64,000 nt of DNA from Thecamonas trahens ATCC 50062 (Eukaryota > Protista > Apusomonadida). Of the stretch, positions 47,701 through 58,984 are shown one piece after another; the stretch's first letter is position 1, and every line of letters begins with the position of its first letter. Where the stretch lies: NCBI RefSeq assembly GCF_000142905.1, contig NW_013657660.1, positions 334,056 to 398,055 of the forward strand, written 5' to 3'. The notes under the pieces were generated by a model. It ran no database searches. It saw nothing but the letters and a program-made list of their open reading frames with translations, and was not told where the DNA came from. The position numbers and the translations under genes were made by a program.

Positions 47701-50700
47701 GACCTCACCATCTCCATCCCAGGCTCCATCCCCACGACAGCGCCGTCGGGATCGACTCTCACCTTTACCGCCGCACGTACCTTTGCTTCGACTGCCGGCA
47801 CGACCGCTGCCGGCTGCTACCACGACTACAGCCCGGCGCCTGTGATCATGAACCGGGTCCTGGCCTCGCCCGTTGCGGCCCTCACGCTCGAGTCCGGCTG
47901 CCTCGACGCTCTGCCGACGATTGTCCCGTCCGAGGCGCTCACCTACCACATGGCAATCACCCTTCCCGAGGGCGTCAACTACAACCCGACCGTCTACCTC
48001 GGCGCTACTGGTCCGCTGACGCTTGTCTCGGCAGTGGCGACGCTCGCCAACGGCTCGCCCATGACCAACGTCAACCTCAGCCCGGAGGCAGCGGCGGCCA
48101 ACGCCGTCACGCTCCCGCTGTTCGACTCGGCCTCGCCGCCGGCGGTGACCAACCCGCCCGACAACATCGACACTGATGGCGACATCATCACCATTGTCGT
48201 TACCGCTGTCGTTAATCCGGGCGCTTCGCGCGGCGACGTCGTCACGCTCCTCGCCAACTACGCGTACTCGCCGGCCTCGGTCTCGGCTACGCCGGTCGCC
48301 ACGGAAGTCAACCTCGCTCGGACAGTCTCGGCGCCGCTGCTCACCTTTTCGTCGTTTGTGGAAGCCGACGCCTCGATCGCTGCCGGGCCGCACGAGGCCG
48401 GCGACACGGCGACCTGGGAGCTGGTCCTCGATCACGATGCCAGTGCGACAAACGCTGCGGTCACCGCCCACGACGTGGTTTACACCGTGGTGACCCCTCC
48501 AGGCCTCGAAATTGCAGCTGCCTCGTGTACTCAGGCGACAGACGCCTCGCCGGCTCCGCCGGTTGCGGTCTCGGCCGTCGTCTCGCCCGCCAACGTCCTC
48601 ACCGTCTCGACCGACGCTCTCGGCGTCCTCGACTCGATCACATGCGAGCTCTCGTATGTTCTCCCGGACTCGGTCGAGATCGGCGGCGTTTATCCGCTCG
48701 CCGCCGTTGTTGCTGGCACCTACCAACCACGGAGCTCGGCACCGTCAGCTCCTGCCTGTCTCCCGGCTTACACGCCGCCATCATACGCCGTCAACGCCGG
48801 TGCTGCCGCCGCGGTGACCATCAAGGCCTTGCCTGCTGGTGCCATCGTGGTCTCCCCGAGCTGCGTCGGGCAGGGTTTCACCCTCGCCCATGAGCTGCTC
48901 TCGATCACACTCAGCGTTGCCCTCCCGCGCGGCACGCTCACAGCCTCTGCCCTCGATCTCATCTTTGATGGCGCACCGTTCCTCTTCGCCTCCCCATCGG
49001 CCATCCTTGACGTCAACGTCGCCAACGGCGCGCAGGGCGTCCCGCTCTCGCTCCCGACCTCGGAGGTGCTCTCGGCCACGCTCCCGCTTGGTGAGCCGAA
49101 CATGGTCATCGTCTACGGCGCGGCCGACACCTCGTCGTCGGGTACGATCACCGTCTCATTCACTGCCATGGCCCAGTCGACCGTTCAGTTCCCGCTGGAG
49201 GCCTGGCCCATCCGGACCGACGACATCACCATTGATGCCGCACTCGACTACACGACCACCACCGCCCAGCCGGCCGTGACCGCGGACTTTGATGCTGTCG
49301 TCCTCGAGCCCGCCGGACCTCTCCTCACGCTCACCGCCGGCTCCAACATTGTGGCCGATGGGCTTCTCGGCGTTGCCGGCGACATGGTTATCAACCTGGT
49401 CATTGCCAACGCGGAGAGCGACTATCCCGGTGTCGGCGCCGACATTGTGGCGCAAGACCTGGTCCTCAGGGTTGATCTTGACACTGCTGGCCTCCTCACC
49501 CTCCTGCCGGGCTCGGTGAGCGTGAGCGTCGATGCCGCTGCGATCCTCGACCTGAGTGTGACGTCCATCGCCGGCAGCGTCGAGATCACGCTTGGGGCCT
49601 CGCGGACCATTGCGCTTGGTGAGCAGATGGCAGTGAGCTTCACCCTGGTCGACTCTTCCGGAAACGGTTGCCAGACGTGCAGCTGGCCGGCGATCAGCGC
49701 GCAGCTCTCGTACCGTCCGGGTGGCGCGTGCTCGAGTGTCGATCAGGGTCGCGCGCTCACCGCCCACTCGGGCCCGGTTCTCGCGCCTGAGCTGCCGAGC
49801 ACGCCGGTGGCCGGTGTAGCCTCGGTTGGATGCTACGAGTACGCTGTGCTCGAGGGCAACAGCGTGAGTGCGAGTTGTGGCGGCCTGGCTTCGACGCCGC
49901 TCCCGCTCGGGTGTGGCTGGGAGGTTGCGCCAAACAATGGATCGACGTACCACGCTATGCATGAGCTGCTGTGCGGCGGCGGCGCGACGCCGTCGTGTGC
50001 CTTTGGCGCCAGCTGCCTCATTCTTGCCGATGGCTCCGGAATCACGCCGGATGGCACGCCGTGCGCGACCGACGCCCTCGTCACCACGCCCAACCTGGTC
50101 GGCGCCTGCGGTGCGCCGACGCTGGTGAGCACAACCGCAAGCGGCGGGCGCGTCCTCATTCGCCGCAAGTCATCGGCGTGCTCGACTTCATGCGCGGCGC
50201 CTATCCGCGACTTTAACCTCATCAATGCCGGTTCGCCGAAGCTTGCGCTCGGCATCGAGCTTGCAGCCGGCGTCACCCTCGACACGCCCAGCGCGTGGTC
50301 GGCCATTGCTGGCGCGTACGACCTGCAGCGGTCGCTGCCGGCGCTCAAGCTGGGCGCCGGAGCCTCGCTCTCCTTTACCGTCAACATCCTAGACCTGATG
50401 GTGGAGCGCCACGGCGGACGGCTGGTCATCCCGTTCTCGACGGCGGTGCCCGAGTCGTTCTCGGCCGCGGTCTCGTTTGACGGCGGTGTGCCGAGCGTTG
50501 TGACTGGCTCGGCCTCGACCGAGCTCAACATTGCCATCCCGTCGGGAACGTCGACGCTGGGCGTGACGCTCACGCTCGACTCAAGCGTGAGTGGCAATGT
50601 GTACATCCCGGGCGTGGCTCTCGCGCCAGCGCTTGTCCGCGCAGTAGCGGCGACAAACCCGGACGTGTGCCTTGATCCCGACGCCGAGGCCTTTAACTGG

Positions 50701-53012
50701 TGAGCAACAGCAACTACGGGCTCGCACTCTCGGCTACTGCCGGTACGATGGACGGCGTTTGGCGGCCACTTGACTCGAACAGCGGCGGCGATGTGGCGTA
50801 TGTCAACGGTGCGCTGCAGCTGAGCTCGACGTCGACGTCGGCGAGCATGGCGGTGGGTCAGCGGATCGAGCTCTCGCAGCCGCAGACGGCGCTCTACATT
50901 GCTGTGCGGTTCTCGAGCAACGACGTGAGTGAGGGCTACGTCCCTTACCTCTCGCTCTACATTGATGCCGAGCTGGCCTCGGGTGGCTTCCTTTACGGAC
51001 GCGCGTTCCCGCTCCCGCCCGGCACGACCGCGACGCCCGAGATGATTGCCGGCACGCTCAACTTTGGTGAGCCGGTCACTGCCTTCCGCATCTACTCGAT
51101 GATGCGGTACCGGACTGGGTCTGCCACCTTTGACGATGTCACGGTCTTCCCCACCACGACCTCGTGTGTTGGCCCGCCGCTGGCGGTTGCCTACGGCGAT
51201 CCCCACCTGCGGACCTTTGATGGCCTCGACTGGTCGTTCCATGGCCTCGGTGAGTTTGTGCTCTCCAAGACCGATGTCTTTACTTCGCACATCCGCATTG
51301 TGCCAGCCGGCGCGGCAACGGTCAACGCCGGTGCCTCGGTGGCGCTCGCCGGCCGCCCGTCGGTGGCGATCGAACGGGCGAGCGGGAGTGCGTGGCCGAC
51401 GATCTCAGTCCGCGCGGGCGACAGCAGCGCGTGGACGGCGGTCTCCACCGCCGACATTGTCGATGCCGGCACTCCGCTCAAGGGCCAGCTGGCTGGTGTG
51501 CCTGATGGTGTTCTCATCACCTTTGCCTGGTCAGGCGAGCTGACGGTGGCGCATCCGCTGCGTCTCACTGTCTTGTACCCGGGCTCGGGTGGGTACGGTC
51601 TCCGGATGACGGTCCATGTCTCTGGCTACGATGTTCAGTATCTGCAGGTCATGCCGACGATCTCGCGGTACAACCGTGGGGCGCTTACGGGTCTGCTGGG
51701 CAACGCTGATGGCTTGCCCGACAATGACGTGGCGACCGCCGATGGGGCAATCGGCACCGCCGACGATCTCGACTTTGTGTACTCTGCTGCGTTTGCCGAC
51801 GGCTGGCGTGCGACGTCGGGCGCGCTGCCGGAAGCCGAGAATCTCGAGTTGAGCGTGCCTTCCCCGAGTGCGCGCGAGCGCCTGGGTCTTGCCGGATGGG
51901 GCGAGGCCGAAGTGGCTGCGGCGCGTGAGCTTTGCGCCGGCTTTGTTAGCCTGCAGTCGCTGGTGGATGCGTGCGCGCTGGACGTGCTCGCGTCGGGTGA
52001 CAACACGTTTGCCACTGGCTACCTGTCTGTCAGCGAGCTGGAGACCGGGCAGGAGGCGGCGATCGACGGCAAGGGCCCGAATCCGGGTGTGCCGACGAAC
52101 CCGGCCGCCCAAGGTGGCAGCAACAAGAGCGTCGGCGCCAAGATTGTGGGCGCGCTCGGATGGATTGTGCTTGCGCTAATTGTGGCGGTTATCGCCGGCG
52201 TTGTCGGCTGTATCCTCGTCCGCATGAAGACCAAGCCGATTGTGATCGGCGGAGAGAGCGGTCAAGACGCGATCAAGGCCAAGACCCCGCTGGATGCCAA
52301 GGCTCAAGACGATGAGAGCCTGGAGGCCGCGGGCTCGCGGTCGGGCTCGTCCGAAGGGGCCGACCAGACAGTGCCGCAGACAACGAGCTCGCATCGGACA
52401 ACGCACAGCTCGGCGAGCTCCGACGAGGGATTGGCTATCCGCGCCGCGCCTGTGATCTCCGAGGTCGAGCGTAACGAGGCCCAAGCCAAGCACAAGGCTC
52501 ATCTCGAGAAGCGCAAGTCGGTCATTCTCTCGGGGCTTGAGAAGCACCGGTCCGAGGTTCTAGTGGCGAGCGCCAATGCCAGGAAGACCACCGAAGCGGC
52601 GGCATCCAAGCCTGCCTCGCGGCCAATGGTTGCGGTCGACGATGCGCAGGCCACAGCCGCGCGCGCCGAGGCTGCCAAGCAGGCCGAAGCCCGAGCGATC
52701 GAGAAGGCCGCGCGGCGGGCCAAGAACGAGCAGCGTGCAGCGCGCAAGCGGCAGCACAACCTCAAGAAGGTCGCTGCGCTTACCACCTCGATGACCGACA
52801 TCGATACTCCCGCAGTGGACGTCTCGGATGTCCAGCCCGTGGTCGGGCTGGCAGGTCCGTCCGAAGTGGTGCAGGCCGTAACGCCACGGTCTGATGCCGG
52901 CCTCCTCGACGCTGATGGGACGGACGGCGCTGCAGCCCAGTCAGGTGCCGCTGTTACTACTGGTGAGTACTCGTACTACGAGTACGATGAGGAGTGGTCG
53001 TCAGAACTGTAA
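44731..53012 (+). CDS. Giant type I membrane adhesin-like protein: Ig-like/DUF11-type repeats, CBM-like domain, von Willebrand D domain, TM, cytoplasmic tail; apparent frameshift at about 50697
   Basis: Signal peptide and repeats of the type 'GDIVTYEM', 'LTYHMAITLPEG', 'AGDTATWELVL'. VWD motifs 'YGDPHLRTFDG' and 'GLLGNADG'. TM 'IVGALGWIVLALIVAVIAGVVGCILV'. Adding one C turns 'AFNW*' into 'AFNLVSNSNY' and joins the two ORFs. Confidence 0.75.
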
Positions 53013-53261
53013 ATCCCAAGCATGAACCACTAGCTACACATCCTCGCTCTGCAAAGCGTCCTCGCTCATGTCGCTGCTCATCGGCTTGACGCTTTTGCAG
53101 CCGAGGCTGGCGTGCCGAGCTGTCGGACGCTATTTCAGCGTCGGATTGCTGACTGTCGGCTCGAGTGCTCAGAGATATTTCCACACATTTACTACGGATC
53201 GTCGCATTGTAGCTGGATCGGGCCCAACCGCACCATAGGTTGGTGGATAGAGTGTAAGCAA

Positions 53262-54367
53262 TCAAGAGAAGAACTTGGACGGCTGGCTGTTGGCACTAGG
53301 TCCGTCGCCTTGCTGGGACAACTTCGCCTGCTCCTCGGCGACAGCGATAGGGGCGAGGAACGGGTTGTTCTCCACAAAGTAATGCTGTAGCATGCCGGCA
53401 CTGGGCAGGAGTTGGCAACGAGCGGCCTGGAGATCCCTGCAAGTCACAGTGGTTCGGCCGTGGGCACAGGCCTCAGCCTGCATGGCCTCAAACATCTCGG
53501 CCACAAACTGCTCGACGGCTGCGTGGATGAGGGCAATGGCTGCCTTTTCAAATCGCAAGTCGCACTTGTAATCCTGCGCCACCTCGCGGATGACTCGCTG
53601 CATGGGCAGTCTCCGGATCGCAGGCGGGTCAGTCGGGTGCATGACGTCGTCGTTGGCGGCGAGAAAGTCGGCGACGGACGCCGCCGGAACGACCGAGGCG
53701 ATGGGCTGAGGGCGCGGATAGTACTCGCCCCATCCCATCGGATCGACGAACCACGAGGTATGGGTGCCCCCGAGGTAGAGCAACAGCTCCTCGTCGTTCA
53801 TCATTGCCTTGGCCAGGTGCATGACGGAAATGGCAGTCTCGCCACCGTCGCCAGCTGCGGCATCCTGGTCATCCCTGGCGGCGTTGCCGCCCAGCTCCAG
53901 GCACTCTGCCAGGAGGTACTCGATGACGGCCGAGGCGTAGATAATGGCGCCCGATCCAAGACGCATCGATCCAGCCCCAAGCGCCTCTGCAGCAGTCTTG
54001 AGCACCTTTCGAGCGTCAGTGGCGTTCATGGTGAGGCCCGAGAAGGCGTAGGAGGCAGTGCCAGATTCGCCGAGGAGAAGGCCTTGGTCACAGCCTTGAC
54101 GCCCTCGGACACGGCATGCTTCGCCAACTCGCCCGGAAGAATCAGCCGGACGGCAGTCTGGATGGCCCGCGAGTCGACAGTCTTCCGCTTGTTCGCCTGC
54201 GAGAGAAAGACAGCCTCGGCCATCATCCGCCGGCCGTTGTCCATACACAGCGCCGTCGTCCACCGCAGCGCAGCATGAGAGAGCGAGAGCGAGGGATGGA
54301 TCTGCTTGAGAACAGCCTGCGGGAACTCGCACAGCCCCACTTTGGCATGCTTGTTGTTGAACGACAT
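53262..54367 (-). CDS. Fused histone H2B-H2A-H3 polyprotein with one apparent frameshift at the H2B/H2A junction (54070-54071)
   Basis: H2B: 'VLKQIHPS...KRKTVDSRAIQTAVRLILPGELAKHAVSEGVKAVTK'. H2A: 'SGLTM...GAIIYASAVIEYLLAECLELGGNAARD...HLAKAMMNDEEL'. H3: 'IRRLPMQRVIREVAQDYKCDLRFEKAAI...GRTTVTCRDLQAAR'. H2A and H3 are in one uninterrupted frame. Confidence 0.85.
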
Positions 54368-54693
54368 GGTACACCCTCGGTGGAGAAAGAGAGGGAGATG
54401 TGTCGTGTTGTGTCGTGTCGTGGAGAGGGGGGCTGACAAGCGCGTGCAGGTGGACAGCCCCTGCAGGCGTGGGCGGGTGTTTTTTCTTCCTTTGGCGGAA
54501 GGTCGGGACAGGGTTGATGATCGTGATGGTGGACGCCATCGTGGTTGCCATCGTGGGTCAACCATGATTATGAGACACAAGCTGTTGTTTGTAGTGGCAG
54601 ATGGTGGCTGGTGGTGGCTTGAGACTGCGTGCGTCAGGATACAGGGCCGAGTTGGGAGGGGGGGGGGGGGGGGGGGGGGCCAATAGTCACATC

Positions 54694-57060
54694 TCACCGC
54701 ATAGAGCGGGTCGAGGCTGATGAGGTCGACGAGGGGCGGGCACGACCATGACGGAGCGAGGGACGCTCGCGGCGCGGCTGACGTGATGAGGCGACAGGGC
54801 GGGCAGAGGTGGATGATGATGTTGTGTGGGCGTGGAGGGCGGCGGCCGAGGGCGGCGGCGCGCGCAGAGCGCGGCGCGAGCGGATCTTGCGGGCGGTGGG
54901 TGATGAAGGCTCCGAGTGGCCTGAGCCGGTAAACGTCGGGCGCGCGGCAGCACGGTGGTGCTTGGGCACCATGGGAGCGAGGCCGTGGTTCTCCTTGTAG
55001 TCCGAGGTGAAGCGGATGGCTGGCGGAGCGGGCCTGGCAGCGGCGGCCGAGGACGGGCGCGAGCGGTCGGACCGCTGGGCGGCGAGCTCGTGGTGCTGGA
55101 TGGGGATGACAACCTTGCTGTGCTGCGGCGCTGAGGCCGGGCGAGCCGGGGCCAGCTTCTTGGCCTTGATGACCTTGGGCGTGACCTTGAGGTTTCGGGT
55201 GATCTCGAGGTAGGCGCCATCGTTCTCATACTTGCCCTGATAGTTTGTGGCGGTAAAGAGCGAAACGAGGTGGCCAGCAGAGAAGAGCTCAAAGCCGTCT
55301 TGGACGCATTCGTGGGCGCGGATGATCATGGAGACGTCGTTATCGATGCAAAAGTGCTGGACGCGGTCAGGACCGTAGGTGGTGACGTCTGGCCCACGCG
55401 AGTTGGCGTGGACGCCGACGACCGAGTCCGAGGCGGTCGGATCGGACCAGAGCAGATCGCGGACAATGTGCTCGTGTCGAGTGCCGGCGAGCTGCGACAT
55501 GACTACAGGCTTGGGCACGGCGCGGACGTCGTCAAGACCATGGACCGAGCCGCCGAGCCCTCCGTGGCAACAGAAGATCTCCGAGTCGATGAGGCCGGCC
55601 AGCGGGAGATGAGTAAAGGCGTCGTTGACGGCGGCCCAGACGGCGGCGCCATCGTGGTTTCCGAGACGCGTCAGACACTCGGCCTTAAAGCCGTAGTCGG
55701 CGTTGATGGCCGCATCCTCGTGGTTGCCCCGGATGAGAATGATCTGCGACGGGTAGCGGACCTTGAGCGAGAAGAGAAGAGCGACAACCTCGAGCGAGTG
55801 CGGACCGCGGTCGACAAAGTCGCCGAGGAACATGTACGAGACCAGCTCAATGTCGCCAGTGACGTGCTGCGGTGCGCCGTAAGTGCGGAAGAAGGCAAGC
55901 AGGTCGTTGATCTGGCCGTGGATGTCGCCAAAGACCTTGAACGGGGCCTTGGCCTCGACGAGGGTCGGCTCGCTAGCAAGGACGTCGCCAGCGCGCTGGG
56001 CGAGACGGAGGAACTCGGGTACGGTGAGCAGGTCAAACGGCTCGCCAGCCGGTGGCGGGGACCACGTCTCGCTTCCAAGGAGGAGCGGGTTGATGACCTT
56101 GGACGTCACGCCGTCCTGAGCCTTGGTGGGCGAGCGGGCAGCCGAGATGACGTCGGGATCGAGAAAGTTGACCTTTTTGCGGGCAGCCGAGCCAAAGGCC
56201 TCGGACATGTATGCAGCGTGTGCCTCGCGCCGCGAGCGAGCGTCGGCGTAGTGGGCCTGGCGAGCGGGCGTCATGGCCTTCCAGTACAAGGTGGCCTTGG
56301 CCTTTGGCGCGGCCGCGCGGGCGGGAGACGAGAACGGCGACATCATGGGCGAGACTGGCGGGAGGGCCAGCTGCGACTTTGCAGGCGTGGCGCCCGGGCG
56401 GAGCTGGGCAGCGGCGGCGGCCGACGATGAGCCGTGAATGAACGAGCCGCGGAGGCGGAAGAGCTTGGACGTGCCGCGGATGCGCATCTCGCCGACAGCG
56501 GTGTGGAAGGCGCGAAAGTCGAGCGAGCCTGCCGCGAGCGAGTCAAAGCCAAAGACGGTGGCCCAAGCCAAGGCGGCATCGGCTTCAGACTCGGCCTGTG
56601 GCGGGCGGGTGCCGCGGGCACGAGCGGTGGCGATGTCAGCCAACATGGCAGCAAACTCCGAGCCAGAGATGGTGCCGTCACCATCGGTGTCGTAGAGGGA
56701 GAAGATGTACGTGAGCCGCTCGGCGCCCCATGCGCCACCGTGCGGGGTGTGCGGATCCATGGCGATGATACCGACCTCAAACTGGTGGTAGTCGACGCGG
56801 CCGCGCGGGGAGGCGGTGTTGAAGCCGGCAAAGTAGAGCGCAGCCTTGGCAGCCGAGACCCCAAGCGAGGCCATGAGCTCAACAAAGGCCGGCTCGTCCA
56901 GAAAGTGGCCATCGGCTGCGTGAGCGAGAAACTTGGCCTCGATCCGTGACCGCTCCACAGGGCCGACCTTGGCCGCTGTCAGCAGCTCATGCGAGAGGTC
57001 AAACGAGAAGGTGGAGAGGATCTCGTCACGCGAGGCAAACGACTCGGGAATACTCGACAT
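54694..57060 (-). CDS. PPP-family Ser/Thr phosphatase with N-terminal EF-hands and a PPKL/BSU1-like catalytic domain
   Basis: EF-hand 'DTDGDGTISGSEF'. PPP motifs GDIHGQ, GDFVDRG, RGNHE, HGG, DLLWSDP, RAHE and TATNY. Confidence 0.9.
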   Translation of the reverse strand: MSSIPESFASRDEILSTFSFDLSHELLTAAKVGPVERSRIEAKFLAHAADGHFLDEPAFVELMASLGVSAAKAALYFAGFNTASPRGRVDYHQFEVGIIAMDPHTPHGGAWGAERLTYIFSLYDTDGDGTISGSEFAAMLADIATARARGTRPPQAESEADAALAWATVFGFDSLAAGSLDFRAFHTAVGEMRIRGTSKLFRLRGSFIHGSSSAAAAAQLRPGATPAKSQLALPPVSPMMSPFSSPARAAAPKAKATLYWKAMTPARQAHYADARSRREAHAAYMSEAFGSAARKKVNFLDPDVISAARSPTKAQDGVTSKVINPLLLGSETWSPPPAGEPFDLLTVPEFLRLAQRAGDVLASEPTLVEAKAPFKVFGDIHGQINDLLAFFRTYGAPQHVTGDIELVSYMFLGDFVDRGPHSLEVVALLFSLKVRYPSQIILIRGNHEDAAINADYGFKAECLTRLGNHDGAAVWAAVNDAFTHLPLAGLIDSEIFCCHGGLGGSVHGLDDVRAVPKPVVMSQLAGTRHEHIVRDLLWSDPTASDSVVGVHANSRGPDVTTYGPDRVQHFCIDNDVSMIIRAHECVQDGFELFSAGHLVSLFTATNYQGKYENDGAYLEITRNLKVTPKVIKAKKLAPARPASAPQHSKVVIPIQHHELAAQRSDRSRPSSAAAARPAPPAIRFTSDYKENHGLAPMVPKHHRAAARPTFTGSGHSEPSSPTARKIRSRRALRAPPPSAAALHAHTTSSSTSARPVASSRQPRRERPSLRHGRARPSSTSSASTRSMR

Positions 57061-57563
57061 GCCAGGCTACCTCGTCGCCAACACTGCGTGGGGGGGGTGG
57101 AGGTATCGATGACCTGGCGGTGGAGTGTAGGCGAGAACAGGCCGTGTGCAAGGGGGGGAAGAGCAGGCGCGCGGACAAGGTGCACCGCGGTGGCGCGAGT
57201 TTTGGGTTTGTGGTTCAAATTTTTAGGATGTGGTGGTGGGGGGGGTGGGGGTGAGGAGGGAAAATTTGTCGTGGAGGGAGAAGGAGGGGGGGGGGGCAAG
57301 GGCAAGGGGAAAAAAGAGGCGATGCTCATGTACCACCACCGATCTCCTCCGTATAGGGGAGGGGATCCAAGATCTCTAGAACAATCCGTTCACTGCTGAG
57401 CGAGGCGCTGCCTAGCGCTGCCTCTCCCCCTCCCTCCCCCCCCCCCACCACCACCAACACCAACCACCACCCTCCGCGATTAGAATGGTTGGCTGGTTGG
57501 CAGTCGAGCCGACAAAGCCAGAATCAACCAAGTCGGCCACCACTCGACGGACACGTTGCGACC

Positions 57564-58984
57564 ATGGCTCGTCGGAAGAAAGGCGGCGGAGATGCTTCAA
57601 AGAAGGCCAACCAGAAGAAGGCAAAGAAGGTGGTCGAGGTACGTTGAGGGAGAGGGAATGTGGGAGGGGAAGAGAGAGGAGGGGGGGGAGGAGAGGGGGG
57701 AGGAGAGGGGGAGGTGGGGGGGGGGGGGGGGGAAGAAGCGACAGACGGGTCGGCCTTCGTGATTTTGGTTGGTCACACACAGAGTGCGGGGTAGGTGGTG
57801 AGCAGAGGGACAGAGAAGGGACTTATGGAGGAGACGGGGTTGGATGAATGGGGTTGGGCGAGTAGGACAAGACGTTTGGGCTGAAGAACAAGAACAAGTC
57901 GCGGCGTGTGGCGCAGTATGTGGAGCAGGTGAAGAAGCAGGCTGCGCCCGGGTCGAAGCAGGACCGGGCGAGGGAGCGTGAGCGGGCGCGGCGGGAGCGT
58001 GAGAAGAAGGCTGCGGAACAGTACAACCAGCTGCTGCTCGAGACGAACAAGGTTGTGCGGTCAAAGAAGACGGCGCTAGCCGCAGGCGTTGACCCCAAGT
58101 CGGTGGTGTGCGAGTACTTTAAGCGCGGCCTCTGCTCCAAGGGCAAGCGGTGCAAGTACTCTCACGACATGGCGCAGGAGCGCAAGCAGAAGAAGCGCAA
58201 CATCTACGCCGACGAGCGCGATGAGGCAAAGGCAAAGGAGGATATGAATGATTGGGACGAGGCCAAGCTCCGCGACGTGGTCAACCAGAAGCACGGCGCG
58301 CCCAACGCGACCAAAATTGTGTGCAAGTACTTTATCCAGGCCATCGAGGAGAAGAAGTACGGCTGGTTCTGGGTCTGTCCCAACGGCGGCAAGTCATGCA
58401 AGTACCGGCACGCGCTTCCTCCGGGTTTTGTCCTCAAGTCGGTGGCCAAGGCGCAGAAGGAAGACGAGGACGAGGGCCCGTGCATCGAGGAGATCATCGA
58501 GGAGAAGCGCAAGGAGATCAAGGATGGAACGCCGGTCACCGCCGAGACCTTTACTGCGTGGAAGAACCGCAAGGTGGCCGCCCGCGAGGAGAAGGCCGCC
58601 AAGCTGCGCGAGGAGAAGGTCTCGACGTACGCCAAGGGCGGCAAGGAAGGCCTTTCTGGCCGCGATCTGTTCGAGTTCAACCCCGACTCGTTTGTGGATG
58701 ACGACGATGGTGTCGACAACTTTGACAACCGCCAGGACCGTGGCAACGCGAGCTCATCGGCAACCACCACCACCACCACCACCACTACGACTACTACCAC
58801 CACCACCACCAGCAGCTCTGCACCCGCACAGGCTGACGCCGCCGATGGTGCAGGCAGCGGCGCTGCGGCTCCCGGCACTGGGCCGGAGGCCGGCGGCGAT
58901 GCTGCCGAGGTCCAGGCGAGCTTGTTTGCTGCTGCCTCCTTGGAGGATCTTGACGATGACTCTGACGACGACGACGACGAGTAA
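57564..58984 (+). CDS. ZC3H15: ZC3H15/Tma46 (DFRP1) CCCH zinc-finger translation factor, exons 57564-57638 and 57866-58984
   Basis: Motifs 'KKVVE|DKTFGLKNKNKS', 'GVDPKSVVCEYFKRGLCSKGKRCKYSH', 'KYGWFWVCPNGG..CKYRHALPPGFVL'. Phase-0 intron GTACGT...TAG. Confidence 0.95.

Noticed and set aside
54026-54029. ATGA stop/start overlap between H2B and H2A as prokaryote-style translational coupling
   Set aside because: The context is eukaryotic, H2A similarity begins upstream of that ATG, and the break matches the window-wide missing-base pattern.
44731-57060. Endogenous giant-virus insertion around the histone gene
   Set aside because: No capsid, polymerase B, packaging ATPase or other viral hallmark genes, no evident compositional shift, and the neighbours are ordinary eukaryotic genes.
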